A stretch of DNA of 64,000 bases from a virus: positions 1-64,000 of IMG/VR virus record IMGVR_UViG_3300022538_000960; one strand, written 5' to 3'. Positions 26,777-38,009 of the stretch are shown one piece after another. Made by a program: the position numbers and the translations under genes. The first letter of the stretch is position 1. Each line of letters opens with the position of its first letter. The notes beneath the pieces were generated by a model. It searched no databases, had not been told where the DNA came from, and saw only the letters and a program-made list of their open reading frames with translations.

Positions 26777-27616
26777 ATGTTAGGATTTTTAGCGACGTCA
26801 TTAATGTATATGAATTTAACGAAATCGAGATCCTTATTGAATGCTGCAATGTCTGGCAGTCCCGGAATAGTAGGAATGCGCTGGCTTGGCGCCGGCAAAT
26901 GGTATGATCCGCTCAGATATGCTAAGGGTCTTTTACTTCCTGGCGGAAAACCCCGAACTGATATCCTTGCTATAAATCCAGAAGGCCGATTGGGAACAAT
27001 GCTAACTAGAGGGTTTGCCGGCATGGCGGAAAGATTTCCAAGTCCGTGGACCAGAGGTATGGCAACTGTTACCGGAGCCCCGATTGGCGGGGGTCTCCGC
27101 TTCGGTGCATTTACTGGGCAAGGAATGATGTCTGCTGAATCCGCGTTGGCTGTCAGAACAAGTCTATCCAAGATGAATTATAAACAATTATTGAAAATGA
27201 CGGAAGGGGATGCTGGGAAATTATTGATGAGGACTGATCCGGCTCGTCTTACAGTTGCTGGAGCGAAGGGATTGGCTCCATCTCTGACTAGTAGTGCCAA
27301 AATGGCTGGAAGACTAAGAGTTGTAGGTGGGGTTGCCACACCATTAAATTATTTAATGTGGGGGTGGCTATTCGGATCATTGGCATATGGGGTCGGCCGA
27401 GGAGTTGGCGCAGTTGCCGGTGCGGTGCAGACATCGGCCGAACGAGTGGTGGGCCAAATCCGGAGCTTAGAGTTCGGTGGAGGTATGGCCCCAGCATTTC
27501 AAACTAGACTTGCGATAACCGAGCGGCAAAGAGCCATCCAAGAGATCGGAAGACACTCGCTTAATGCGCGTAGCTTGATGGGCCAAGAAGGCCGCCACAT
27601 GCAGGACATATATTGA
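26777..27616 (+). CDS. Gly/Ala-rich protein, probable virion protein
   Basis: Gly-rich hydrophobic segments; C-terminal TERQRAIQEI...LNARS.MGQEG; immediately upstream of terL. Confidence 0.65.
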   Translation: MLGFLATSLMYMNLTKSRSLLNAAMSGSPGIVGMRWLGAGKWYDPLRYAKGLLLPGGKPRTDILAINPEGRLGTMLTRGFAGMAERFPSPWTRGMATVTGAPIGGGLRFGAFTGQGMMSAESALAVRTSLSKMNYKQLLKMTEGDAGKLLMRTDPARLTVAGAKGLAPSLTSSAKMAGRLRVVGGVATPLNYLMWGWLFGSLAYGVGRGVGAVAGAVQTSAERVVGQIRSLEFGGGMAPAFQTRLAITERQRAIQEIGRHSLNARSLMGQEGRHMQDIY

Positions 27617-27626
27617 CAAAGGGAAA

Positions 27627-29516
27627 TTGACAATGCCTCTTGAAAAATCAGAAGCTAGGAAAAAATTAGCATTACTAAAAACTTTGACTCCGGCTCAGTT
27701 AAAATCCGCGAAGTTAACTCAGTCAGATATGGATTATCTTGAAACTCTGTTGGATCCACTGAAGTGGGTGAAAAAGAATCTTAAAAATCCGGAGGATCCA
27801 AATAAAGGATTTATACCTTATGTTACTCAGGAATATATTATCTCGGAGGAAGCCTCCAAAGTTGCTGTAAGAACCTCAAGGCGCACAGGAAAGACAGTTG
27901 GAATAGCGGCAAAAGCTATTTACTTGGCATATACTGAGCCCAATACGCCTATTTTATTCATAGCACCCTACCAGGCTCAAATCCAAGAAATTTTTAGGGA
28001 CATGCAATCGTTGATTTCGGATACTCATTTGCGGGATTCAATAAAACGATCTGTGGAGCACCCCTTTTATCAAATTCACCTAAAAAATGGATCCACCATA
28101 TTTGGAATGACTGCTGGAGCCAAATCTGGTAGACGAGGCACAGTGGTGCGAGGCCAGGGGGCAAAGTATTTATTTCTGGATGAGTTCGACTTCCTTCCGG
28201 AGGATGCTGTTGCAGCCATATTGATCATTATGAAATCTAGGAAGGATTCCCATCTATTTGTAACATCCAATCCTTCTGGCGCACGCTCATATTTTTATCA
28301 GTGGTGTAATTTTCCGGACAAACATGGATTTACTACCACACATTTTGGGAAAGAATATATACCGAATTGGACAGAAGAAGATGATAAATTTTTTATGGAA
28401 AACTATTCCACAAATGCGTGGTATAGGGAAGTTCTTGGAGAATTCGGCGAGGAAATGGTTGGGGTGTTCCCTCATCGATTCATAGACATGTCATTATTCG
28501 AATATGACTATAATATATTGGCACACAATCAACAAAACGCCTATATCATAGGGGTAGATTGGAACGCATCCCAAATAGGAGTGAAAATAATTCTTCTGGA
28601 ATATATTAGGAATACGGTTCCTACCCAGTCTGATAAATTATTCTTGAAGAGTGTCAATGGGATGAGGGATGAATTGAATCGCCAAGAAAAAACCAAAAAT
28701 TATGATAAATTGGATTGGGATTATTTTATTAGTAAATATCGCATATTTAGAATATATTCGATTGAGGGGGAAGAATTCACACAGAATGCCGCCGTTGATA
28801 AAATTCTTCGGCTATATAAGGAATATAATCCGGCATTTATATATGTTGATCAAGGGTACGGCGACGTTCAAATCGAATTACTACAAAAACAAGCATCTGA
28901 GTGGAACGATAAATTCCTTGCCAAGAAAGTTGTTGGGTGTAATTTCAGTACTACCATAGATGTTAAGGATCAATGGACAAATAAGCCTGTGAAGAAACGC
29001 CTTAAGAATTTTATGGTAAATTTGTCTGTTCGGACCCTTGAGCAATATCAGCTTGCACTTCCATATTCGGAAGACAATAAAGGATTGCTGGTTGGTCAAA
29101 TGAGGGAATATCGTGTTACAAAGGAAGGACCGACTCCCGCATACTCTTCTGAAAATGATCACTACTTGGATGCACTCATGTTGGCGATTTTGGGGTTTGA
29201 ATCGAATTTTGGTGAACTCTCTTCTGTTGCCAGAAAGAGGGAACCAATAAACATCCGAAAATCCTTCATTCCCATTATGGTGCAGCCCAAGGGAAAAGAA
29301 AATAGAATCATGGCTACAGCAACCCATGATGGGAGGCTGAAACCATTTGCTGATGAAATGGGTCTTCCATATGAATACAAGGAAGGGACCATACCAGATT
29401 TTACGTCAAAGCCAAGATCGAAAGCAAAAGCAAAACAGTTTAGGAAACCATTTAAACGAAGATTCACCGGAGTTCAAGGGAGAAAATGGCCACATTCTCG
29501 TTTAAGCTGGGAATGA
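27627..29516 (+). CDS. terL: Terminase large subunit
   Basis: SRRTGKT Walker A, LFLDEFD Walker B, SNP coupling motif, IGVDWN and DHYLDA nuclease motifs. Confidence 0.93.
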   Translation: MTMPLEKSEARKKLALLKTLTPAQLKSAKLTQSDMDYLETLLDPLKWVKKNLKNPEDPNKGFIPYVTQEYIISEEASKVAVRTSRRTGKTVGIAAKAIYLAYTEPNTPILFIAPYQAQIQEIFRDMQSLISDTHLRDSIKRSVEHPFYQIHLKNGSTIFGMTAGAKSGRRGTVVRGQGAKYLFLDEFDFLPEDAVAAILIIMKSRKDSHLFVTSNPSGARSYFYQWCNFPDKHGFTTTHFGKEYIPNWTEEDDKFFMENYSTNAWYREVLGEFGEEMVGVFPHRFIDMSLFEYDYNILAHNQQNAYIIGVDWNASQIGVKIILLEYIRNTVPTQSDKLFLKSVNGMRDELNRQEKTKNYDKLDWDYFISKYRIFRIYSIEGEEFTQNAAVDKILRLYKEYNPAFIYVDQGYGDVQIELLQKQASEWNDKFLAKKVVGCNFSTTIDVKDQWTNKPVKKRLKNFMVNLSVRTLEQYQLALPYSEDNKGLLVGQMREYRVTKEGPTPAYSSENDHYLDALMLAILGFESNFGELSSVARKREPINIRKSFIPIMVQPKGKENRIMATATHDGRLKPFADEMGLPYEYKEGTIPDFTSKPRSKAKAKQFRKPFKRRFTGVQGRKWPHSRLSWE

Positions 29517-29536
29517 AAATATAGTATGGAACAGAA

Positions 29537-30082
29537 ATGGAAACTATAATTACAAAAAAATGTTGTAGATGCAAGGAAATAAAATCCATAACAGAATTCT
29601 ATAAAAATAGATCAAAACGTGGTGGAATAGTTTCATTATGCAAATCTTGCGCAAGTATGGCTATAAAGGATTTACGGAAAAATGATCCTGAAAAATATCG
29701 GAATCAGATTCGCCATTTTTATGAAAGAAGACCTTTTTATGCTTGGGCACAAGGAACAATACGTCATCATAAAGATAATGGGATAAAAATAGAAATAAAT
29801 GTCAAAGAATTGGAAGAATTGGCGATCAACACCAAATATTGTCCCTTATGCGGATGCGAATTAAAACGTAATAATGGAATAGGACCAAATAATACTTCAC
29901 CGACTCTTGATAGAGTGAATGGTGAAAAAGTAATAAAAAAAGATAATATAATGATAATGTGTCATAAGTGTAATGCTACCAAAAGGGATCGAAGCTTAAG
30001 CGAATTCATACAATATTGCGAACATATTGTTTCTCTGAAAAATGCGATTTTGATTCGCATAAACCAATCTGCTGCGGAATAG
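29537..30082 (+). CDS. HNH endonuclease (family A, copy 3)
   Basis: WAQGTI..H, CPLCGC, SPTLDRVN and MCHKCNATK. Confidence 0.85.
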   Translation: METIITKKCCRCKEIKSITEFYKNRSKRGGIVSLCKSCASMAIKDLRKNDPEKYRNQIRHFYERRPFYAWAQGTIRHHKDNGIKIEINVKELEELAINTKYCPLCGCELKRNNGIGPNNTSPTLDRVNGEKVIKKDNIMIMCHKCNATKRDRSLSEFIQYCEHIVSLKNAILIRINQSAAE

Positions 30083-30155
30083 GACGTAATATAAACTATT
30101 AATTTTGAAACCCTTGCTGTGGCAAGGGATGTGCCCGAAAATTTAAAGAAATAAA

Positions 30156-32105
30156 ATGAGTACATTTTCATTTAATGCCATAATTAGATCAATCAAATCT
30201 TTCAGAAAAGACCCAAAGTATAGTAAGAAAAATACTCTTGGGGAAGAATCTGAGCAAAAACGATGGATCACAGAGGGAAATAAGAAGGAAGTTAATAGAC
30301 TATTAAGTCCTTCCGTAAAAGTTGCCCATTTAGGTGCAGATGAGTCCCCAGCAGAAATGAGCAAGAAGCGGGATGCCGAGGATCGGAAATCCAAAATAAA
30401 CTCCGCGAAACAATTAATTGAATCTATTGACGATAAGTTCAATGATATAGAAAAATTAATTAATGACAGCGTGTCTACATTTTACATATTATTTGACCCT
30501 GATAAGTATCCTTTGGTATCTGATGCAGTTTCATTTTTTAGCGATGAAAGAAAAAACAACTTTATTGATTGGGACATATATGCCAAAGCTAAAACTAATT
30601 ATTTTATTGAGTTAAAAAGAGTTGGAAAGCAATATTCGGAGATAATGCAAGATGGTGGCCCCACTGCTATGTCGATTACACAGCAAACCGCCAAAGTCAA
30701 AAAAACGAATGTAATACTATTAGCATTTAAAGTTTTATTGGAACATTTGGAACAATGGTTTTGGGGTCTCCCAATTATCAAACAAGTATGTAAAATTAAA
30801 GTCCTGGGAAAACGATTGTTTAAATGTGAACAGAAAAGAAGTGATTATACCGGACGGGACGGCCAATTGTATATCCCAAAATCTCATGTTTCGAGTTCTA
30901 GTCTGGCAGATGCGGAACTGCTCGTTTCCAATGCCAAATACGTGCTGGAATACGTGCGAGGCGCTGCGTCTGGAGAAGAGGAATATATTGAGGCCGAATG
31001 GGGGAAAAACAAGCAGGTTTTTTTAATTGGTTATCTTCTTGAACCTGTCAAGATGGTTTTTACTAATTCGGCACATATAGCTTCTGGGGTGACAGATGAT
31101 GATCGAATAACTGCTATTGGATCCCAATCTTTATTTTACTCATCCGAGTTGCAAAAAGCCACAGCCAAAATTTCCATGGATACTAAGGATTTGGATTTGC
31201 TTCTGCATGGCAAATATTTGGAAGAATTGGATAGAATACTGGGCAGAATCATCAAGATATTGCATGGGTGGTACTTAGATCCAAGAACATATTGTTGCCT
31301 GATTAATGCATTCGGCGGGATTAATCGGGCAGTGCCAGAATGGCTGAGAACTATCAAATATGTCCTGGGTGCCGGAATGATTTTCTGTGAATTGGAAATG
31401 GATCTAAATGAAAAGAAATTGACTAATATTTTGAATCTGCTAATTACCAGCGCAACTGGATCCATAATTAATTCATTGGGAAATTTCCTAAGGGGATGGA
31501 CCAGGCAAAATGAAATTAAATTTATGAAATCTTTTTTGGCAGATAAATCGAAATTTATGAGATGCTTACCATTTGATCAATTGATAACTGAATTTGGCTT
31601 TTTCTTTGATGAAATGATCAATGATCTGGAGCATCTTTTGAGACAATATACGGAGTATCTTACAATTTCAAATTTAAATTTTGGAATCTATGTGTATGAT
31701 TTGGAAAGAAAGCAAAGACTCCAAGTACTATATGAATTTGTAGATCGATTTATTAATGCGTGGGATTGGGGGTACTTGTGCTCTGATCGTACTTCAAGAT
31801 CAGATGTAAGATCTACAGTTGATAGAAAGAAATATGATCCCCCAATGGTCGAAGCTGATGTGACAACATATGACAGGGATCCGGATGGAAGTTTTACTGC
31901 TGAAAAATCAGCGATGCAACCTATCGTGTCCAAAAGCGAGGCAAATTATTTCTTAAGACATGTTCTGAATGTCGAGCAGGATGTGATTGATGAAGTTATG
32001 ACACTGTACGAGGATCCAGATCAAATCGCAAATTGTTTGGAGGGTTGGGGAACCCAAGATGTTGAAATTTTGAAGAGACAGATAGAAAAGTTAGTGAATT
32101 TGTAA
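30156..32105 (+). CDS. Large helical hypothetical protein between terL and portal
   Basis: 649-aa ORF; no recognised motif. Confidence 0.75.
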   Translation: MSTFSFNAIIRSIKSFRKDPKYSKKNTLGEESEQKRWITEGNKKEVNRLLSPSVKVAHLGADESPAEMSKKRDAEDRKSKINSAKQLIESIDDKFNDIEKLINDSVSTFYILFDPDKYPLVSDAVSFFSDERKNNFIDWDIYAKAKTNYFIELKRVGKQYSEIMQDGGPTAMSITQQTAKVKKTNVILLAFKVLLEHLEQWFWGLPIIKQVCKIKVLGKRLFKCEQKRSDYTGRDGQLYIPKSHVSSSSLADAELLVSNAKYVLEYVRGAASGEEEYIEAEWGKNKQVFLIGYLLEPVKMVFTNSAHIASGVTDDDRITAIGSQSLFYSSELQKATAKISMDTKDLDLLLHGKYLEELDRILGRIIKILHGWYLDPRTYCCLINAFGGINRAVPEWLRTIKYVLGAGMIFCELEMDLNEKKLTNILNLLITSATGSIINSLGNFLRGWTRQNEIKFMKSFLADKSKFMRCLPFDQLITEFGFFFDEMINDLEHLLRQYTEYLTISNLNFGIYVYDLERKQRLQVLYEFVDRFINAWDWGYLCSDRTSRSDVRSTVDRKKYDPPMVEADVTTYDRDPDGSFTAEKSAMQPIVSKSEANYFLRHVLNVEQDVIDEVMTLYEDPDQIANCLEGWGTQDVEILKRQIEKLVNL

Positions 32106-32113
32106 GATTTTTG

Positions 32114-32142
32114 TTGCAAAGGTGAGTGATTTGAGCTATAAC
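32114..32142 (+). promoter_or_regulatory. Putative promoter TTGCAA-N17-TATAAC upstream of portal
   Basis: TTTGAGCTATAAC at 32130-32142. Confidence 0.65.
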
Positions 32143-32210
32143 TCAACTGAATTGGCGAAAATTAATTTATTCAAAATATTATGCAAATCATGTAGTAGCT
32201 TGAAGCGTGG

Positions 32211-33650
32211 TTGTATGATTTAAAAATGAAAAATTTTTTCATATTTAATCCCAGGAAAAAAGTTCGCGATAAGGTAAGAAAGAGACAGATCGCAGTTGGA
32301 AAATTTTTAAATGCTATCGCGAGTAAATTCCATCGAGCTAAGTTTGAATCCCCCGAATATAATTTCTTTGTAATCAGAGATGCTCTTAATGAAGAGAGTT
32401 TGTTCCGAAGAGCTGTTGATAAATATCAAGAGCAAATTTGGAAAAATGGGTGGAAATTTAGTGGGAAGAATTCCAAAACTCTTAAATTAGTTCAGAAGAG
32501 ATTTCGGGAAATGGAAGTTGTCACCGGAATTTCTACGCATGATCTACTTGAAAGAATAAGTCGGCAATTGATAACATTTTCAAACAGCATGATTGTCAAG
32601 GTCAGAAATAAGAATTCTACCTCGGCTCATGCCTATCGGACATTTGATGGAAAGCTGCGGCAGCCAGTTGCCGGATATTTTGTCCAACCCATGGAATATA
32701 TGCAAATTTGTCGGGATGAATCTGGGAATATTGAAAAATATAGGTTGGGTTCCGATGCAAAGAAGGAATGGGGCCCTGAAGATGTTATACATGTATCAGT
32801 CCATAAGCATGAGGGTTATGCATTTGGAACCCCAATGGTTGTGCCAGTGATGGATGATATCTTATCATTGAGGCAGGTTGAAGAAAATCTCCAAATTTTG
32901 GTATTTCAGCATGCCATACCCCTGTATCATTTCGTAATTGGCACTGATGATGAAGAAGGGCATACAGATGAGATTGCAGATCTAAATCTTCAACTCGAGC
33001 AAATGCCAACGTATGGCTCTCTCACAACTACGAATAGGGTAAAAATCGATGTACTGGGTGCCCAGCGGGAGTCTATGGATCTGGAGCCCATACTTGACTA
33101 CTGGATAAACAGAGTTTTGGGTGGATTCGGAATGTCTAGTGTTTCCTTCGGTCGCCCTGATACGGCAAATAGAGGAACGGCCACCACCGTAGTTAAGGAA
33201 TTTCAAACAACCACCGCGATGTTTCAGCGGGCTATCAAGCATGCGGTGGAATTTAATATAATCCGTGAAATCTTAGAAGAAGGTGGATATAATTACTTAA
33301 CCCTCAAAGATCGCGATAAAGTCGAACTGTATATACCGGAAGTTGACCTTGATGAACAGATAAAAAGGGAGGTTCACGGTATTTATAAATATGAACACAA
33401 TTCGATTTCCGAGAGTGAAATGCGAGTTGATTTGGGAATGGACCCCATTGATAATGAAAATCGTCAGTCCATGTATATATGGCTCGTGAGAATTCCATTG
33501 GCATTAGTTGGTGCCGGGGATGAAACATTGGCTGATTATCCTAGTCTTGCAGAAATCTATGGAATTAGCTCAAAAGCAACCAGTAATTTAGAGCAACCAG
33601 CTAATCAATACGGACGAAAGCCCGTCAAAAATATGCCGAAGAATGATTAA
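32211..33650 (+). CDS. Portal protein
   Basis: EDVIH....GYAFGTP...V.DDI..LR..E and SE.R..LG.DP; position after terL. Confidence 0.88.
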   Translation: MYDLKMKNFFIFNPRKKVRDKVRKRQIAVGKFLNAIASKFHRAKFESPEYNFFVIRDALNEESLFRRAVDKYQEQIWKNGWKFSGKNSKTLKLVQKRFREMEVVTGISTHDLLERISRQLITFSNSMIVKVRNKNSTSAHAYRTFDGKLRQPVAGYFVQPMEYMQICRDESGNIEKYRLGSDAKKEWGPEDVIHVSVHKHEGYAFGTPMVVPVMDDILSLRQVEENLQILVFQHAIPLYHFVIGTDDEEGHTDEIADLNLQLEQMPTYGSLTTTNRVKIDVLGAQRESMDLEPILDYWINRVLGGFGMSSVSFGRPDTANRGTATTVVKEFQTTTAMFQRAIKHAVEFNIIREILEEGGYNYLTLKDRDKVELYIPEVDLDEQIKREVHGIYKYEHNSISESEMRVDLGMDPIDNENRQSMYIWLVRIPLALVGAGDETLADYPSLAEIYGISSKATSNLEQPANQYGRKPVKNMPKND

Positions 33651-33713
33651 TAAATATGAAACTTTATTTGCTAGTATGGAAATTAAAACAATTAACTATT
33701 CTATGAAAGAGAG

Positions 33714-35282
33714 GTGATAGCGAAATTGTATATTCGAGAGTCGTACAAATTTGGCAAGGATTATATAGTTCGTGCGAAATCTGGTGTTAAGGTAACCGAC
33801 GGGGTCTACCCGGATCGGCTCCGAGTCAGGGTACCTGGCACCCATGGTGGATTCGTCAATAAGAATGGATACTTTTATAAGGTTGACGGTATGAAAAAGG
33901 CTTATAAATCTTGGGTATCACCATATAAGAAACCAGTATTAATTGGGCATGGCGATAACGAAGATCCGATAGGCCGAGTTGTCACCGCAAACTTAATAGA
34001 AGACGATCCCATGGATTATGTGAATAGATTTGGACGAACAGATAATATTCCTGCAGCTCATATAGATATGGAGCTCGAAATTACAGATCAAGAGAGCATC
34101 GGAAAAATATTGAATGGCGTATATCTTACTGTTTCCCAGGGAGCGGATTGTGATGAGGTGAAATGTTCAATTTGTGACCAAAATATTTCTGAAGAAGGCC
34201 CATGTGATCATAAGAGAGGAAGAACCTACGATGGAGAATTAGCCTATTGGATTTTTGGTCCTTTGAATTATCAAGAACTTAGTATTGTTAATGTTCCCTC
34301 TGATGAGTTCGCTATCCTTGAGCCTGTAAAAAATACTAATATGGAAAAACAAGAGGTTATGACTTTTCAGCCACCCGCAATGGATATGAACTGCGGCTTG
34401 GAATTCATAACAATTAAAGATTCAAAGGAGGACAAATCATTGGCTAAGAAGACTCCGAATTTCGATGATTGGACTGAGGAAGATGTGAAGCTGAGCCAGG
34501 AAATATGGAAGCAGGTTGATGAATTCCTGATGGATGGCCTAGAAGAGGAAGATAAGAAACTCACAGCTGCCGCAAGGAAGAAATTATCCGCTAATGTATT
34601 TTGTGGACCAGAAAGATCTTTCCCAGTTCCAGATTGTCTTCACTATCGTGTGGCCAAAACATATCTTGGAAGATATAAGGGGCCTGGCGATAAGAAAAAA
34701 ATCTTAGCTTGTATTGAGCGGCGCGGTAAACTTCTGAAGTGCGGAACCCAGGCAAAGAAGAAGGACGAACTCTTGGATCAGATCAATGAAGAAGTCAGAC
34801 CTTTCGTGGAGGAGAATTTCATCGCGAAGGACGAATTTGTTGAACTGAATGAGAAATTCGAGGATATTTCCGCAAAACAAGAAGATTCTGCCGGAGAAGC
34901 AGAAATACAGAAAACTAAGATTGGCGGGCTCGAAAAACAAGTAGAGGAATATGAGAAGGAAGTCAAAGATTCCTTAGCCCACCGGATAGTAGATATCCGA
35001 CTTCTCTTTGGTGAGTATCGGTTTACCAAAGAGGATAAGAAAGAGCAATATAAAGAATGGAGTGGTGCATTGGCAGATAGGGCCAAGGAATCTCTGTTGG
35101 ATACATTGACTGATTTGCAAAATAAGATGTTTTCTGGAAAATTGGAACCAGTCATTGATCCCGGTGCTCATACTGTGATTGATAATCTGAATCCTAAACT
35201 GAAAGATAAACCAAAAAAATTCGATTCTACTAAAGATGTCTTACACTTTTTTGTGTTTGGAAAAGAACTAAAAAAAGAATAA
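33714..35282 (+). CDS. Prohead protease fused to scaffold coiled coil
   Basis: KPVLIGH...DPIGRV, TVSQG, CSIC..CDH, ELSIVNVPSD and an acidic coiled-coil C-terminus. Confidence 0.85.
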   Translation: MIAKLYIRESYKFGKDYIVRAKSGVKVTDGVYPDRLRVRVPGTHGGFVNKNGYFYKVDGMKKAYKSWVSPYKKPVLIGHGDNEDPIGRVVTANLIEDDPMDYVNRFGRTDNIPAAHIDMELEITDQESIGKILNGVYLTVSQGADCDEVKCSICDQNISEEGPCDHKRGRTYDGELAYWIFGPLNYQELSIVNVPSDEFAILEPVKNTNMEKQEVMTFQPPAMDMNCGLEFITIKDSKEDKSLAKKTPNFDDWTEEDVKLSQEIWKQVDEFLMDGLEEEDKKLTAAARKKLSANVFCGPERSFPVPDCLHYRVAKTYLGRYKGPGDKKKILACIERRGKLLKCGTQAKKKDELLDQINEEVRPFVEENFIAKDEFVELNEKFEDISAKQEDSAGEAEIQKTKIGGLEKQVEEYEKEVKDSLAHRIVDIRLLFGEYRFTKEDKKEQYKEWSGALADRAKESLLDTLTDLQNKMFSGKLEPVIDPGAHTVIDNLNPKLKDKPKKFDSTKDVLHFFVFGKELKKE

Positions 35283-35309
35283 AATTTAATTGAAGGAGGA
35301 ACATTAGTA

Positions 35310-36626
35310 ATGTCCTTACTCGATTTCCCAGGGGATAGAAGCCGAAATATTCCGGCAAGGCGGAGACCTAGTAAATATGCGGAAAGTCAGATACGTCCGA
35401 ATATTTTAACTTCGCCTGGAATTTTTGCTGATCGCCCATTCCCTCCTTACAAATATTTGCCTGTGATGTTCAGGGATGTCACGACCGAAGACTATGTTGT
35501 ACTACTCAAAGGAACTATTGTTTCTTGTCTGTCCAACATGAGTTCGGATCCTAAATATAATTTTACGGATCAGGCGGATTTGTCGGGAAAATTTGATCTT
35601 ATGACACCTTCTGGTTGTGCCGATGAAGGCCATATTTATATTGGTCTTGGCGCAAACAATGTCATGAGGCAAGCGGGCGTAGATAGCTCTTACTGGGGCT
35701 ATGAGGATAGTCAGGCGGGGTTGCTCGTTCCTTGTAATGGAGGATTTGATTCCCAATTGCTGTATACCACTGATGACGTTACCGCCCAGACGATTACTGT
35801 GTCTGGTACCGAGGTTACTACCACCAATGTTACCAATGAGTATACAGTTCCAGTGGAAGCCAATTTCCCAATCGGCGTTACATATCAGGACGTGTACCAG
35901 GATATTGAAGGAAAATGGCTGAATTATAATTTGAATCCGAAAGCATCATGGGGCGTTGTATTTGACCATGTCATTGCGATTCCTTACGTTGATAACTATC
36001 AGCTGATTCATGGTGAAGGTGCTCATCCCTCTTGGACCAGAAATTGCTACGTGAATGATCGGAATTTCGATCTATCATGGCCATGGCAAACTGACGGAAC
36101 CTATACGGGTGCGCATAACATCTATGAAAGTCTTAGACGGGAATTTGCATTCTTGTATTCTCCGATCATATCCGACTATTTGGAGGAAGGGACTTTGACG
36201 GACGAAACTGCATTGCTTTATAAGATGCTGCGTCCGGGAAGCGCATTGGTCTCTGATAGATTTGGAAAGTTCATTCTATTGGACTGTTGGGGCACTGATG
36301 ATATTGCAACTGCAGAACTTAGAGGCCCAAGAGATGCTTTGAAGTTCTATTTCTGTCCGCCTTATTACTCCGTTGGAAAACTTATTACCACCGATTGTAG
36401 ATTTCCGAAGATGAGACTGGACACTGTTGACACATATCCAGGCTCTGGACTTACCGGAACTGAAACAGGTGGAATAGATTATCATCTATATCAATTTGCA
36501 TATACTATACTGACTGCGTGCATTGCTGCCAATAGTCTGACTTCTGTTCCGACTATTGAGAATGTTGTAGACTTCATACAATGCGGCACTGTAGGGATGG
36601 CATACATTAATCTTCAAGTAACCTAA
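35310..36626 (+). CDS. Head decoration / structural protein
   Basis: Lies between protease and major capsid genes; strong SD; LRPGSALVSDRFGKF. Confidence 0.6.
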   Translation: MSLLDFPGDRSRNIPARRRPSKYAESQIRPNILTSPGIFADRPFPPYKYLPVMFRDVTTEDYVVLLKGTIVSCLSNMSSDPKYNFTDQADLSGKFDLMTPSGCADEGHIYIGLGANNVMRQAGVDSSYWGYEDSQAGLLVPCNGGFDSQLLYTTDDVTAQTITVSGTEVTTTNVTNEYTVPVEANFPIGVTYQDVYQDIEGKWLNYNLNPKASWGVVFDHVIAIPYVDNYQLIHGEGAHPSWTRNCYVNDRNFDLSWPWQTDGTYTGAHNIYESLRREFAFLYSPIISDYLEEGTLTDETALLYKMLRPGSALVSDRFGKFILLDCWGTDDIATAELRGPRDALKFYFCPPYYSVGKLITTDCRFPKMRLDTVDTYPGSGLTGTETGGIDYHLYQFAYTILTACIAANSLTSVPTIENVVDFIQCGTVGMAYINLQVT

Positions 36627-36641
36627 AGGAGGCTAGCAATA

Positions 36642-38003
36642 ATGAAATTAAAGAAGTTGGAAAAATTGATCCTTACTGACGACGATAGAAAGAAAATTGC
36701 CGAGGATCAAGAGATTACGGAGAATATATATCGCATCTTCACTAATGATGGATATATAGTTGATGCTGGCTTCTCTCAGAAGGTTACGATTAATGACCTT
36801 TTGACATTACCGGATGTCCAAAGGTTCGTACCTCAAGTCGTTACCAGAATTCTTCATGAAGCTCGGGAACCGGCTCTTGTTATTTCGAGCATATTTGATA
36901 AAATTCGACTCGAGAGAGGTCAGACCATTCAAATCGGCGCCATTGGCGCAATAGCTGTTCACGAAGTGCCCGAAGGTGGAGAATACCAGCCATCCGATAT
37001 CGTATACGATTCCGGGAATATGGTAGGACTTTCTGTCAGGAAATATGGAACTTTACTCCAATTTACTGAGGAAATGTTCGAAGAATCCCAATGGGACGTT
37101 ATAGGACTTTGGATGAGAGCAGCTGGTCGTGCTTTTGCTCGGAATAGAGAGCAAAGGGCATCTCTGCTTTTGAATGAGCAGGGGGTCGTATACTTCGATA
37201 ACCGTTCGCCAAGTACTGCTATCTCTGGAGTCACCCATGGTAGGAATATCGCGGGTGTCGCAAATGGTAGTATCACAGCGAATGATATATTCGATATGTA
37301 TGCGTTTCTTGCTATGAGGGGCTTTGTGCCTGACACTCTTCTGATTCACCCGTTGGCTTGGGCGGTTTTTGCAACCGATCCTGATATGAAAGAAATTGTT
37401 CTGGAAAATGGACAACTTACTTCTAGAAGGATGCCAGAAGGTGGACCAGATCCGGGTTGGGGAACGGAACTGAATAGACTTGGATGGAGAACCAAGGCTG
37501 AGGGAGTTGGACTCGGTTCTACTACTGGAGCAGGGACTGCTTATGCTGGATGGACTGATCCCAATATTCCTGCAGCCATGCAGAAGATCGGAGCCATCCC
37601 TTATACTACTTATCTGAGTGCTCTTGGGGCTACTTTCAATGTCCAGCCTCGCTATCTACCCGGACCCCTAACTGTTCTCGTGTCTCCATTTGTTCCGTTT
37701 ACTGCATCGACCAGTGCAACTGGCAATGAGAATACTGTTGCCACATGTTCGGTGATCATGTTGGATTCCAGTGCAACCGGAGCTTTCATTGAGAAAACTC
37801 CATTGACCACGGAGGAATTCAATAATCCGATGACAGATACTCGGAGCCTGAAGCTAAGGGAGCGATGGGGAATGGCACTCTATGAACAGGGTAAAGGTGT
37901 TGTGATTGCTAAGAATCTCGTTGTCACTAGACACTATAATTTCCAGAATACTCATAATGTGACTTTGGGTGAAATCAACGATAGAACTGCAATCGTATCC
38001 TAA
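36642..38003 (+). CDS. Major capsid protein (HK97 fold)
   Basis: EVPEGGEY, VRKYG..LQFTEEM.EESQWDVI and PDTLLIHP. Confidence 0.9.
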   Translation: MKLKKLEKLILTDDDRKKIAEDQEITENIYRIFTNDGYIVDAGFSQKVTINDLLTLPDVQRFVPQVVTRILHEAREPALVISSIFDKIRLERGQTIQIGAIGAIAVHEVPEGGEYQPSDIVYDSGNMVGLSVRKYGTLLQFTEEMFEESQWDVIGLWMRAAGRAFARNREQRASLLLNEQGVVYFDNRSPSTAISGVTHGRNIAGVANGSITANDIFDMYAFLAMRGFVPDTLLIHPLAWAVFATDPDMKEIVLENGQLTSRRMPEGGPDPGWGTELNRLGWRTKAEGVGLGSTTGAGTAYAGWTDPNIPAAMQKIGAIPYTTYLSALGATFNVQPRYLPGPLTVLVSPFVPFTASTSATGNENTVATCSVIMLDSSATGAFIEKTPLTTEEFNNPMTDTRSLKLRERWGMALYEQGKGVVIAKNLVVTRHYNFQNTHNVTLGEINDRTAIVS

Positions 38004-38009
38004 TCACAC

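Noticed and set aside
27627-29516. Intein or intron in terL, also considered for nrdJ
   Set aside because: Lengths are normal and no intein splice-junction or LAGLIDADG motifs were seen.
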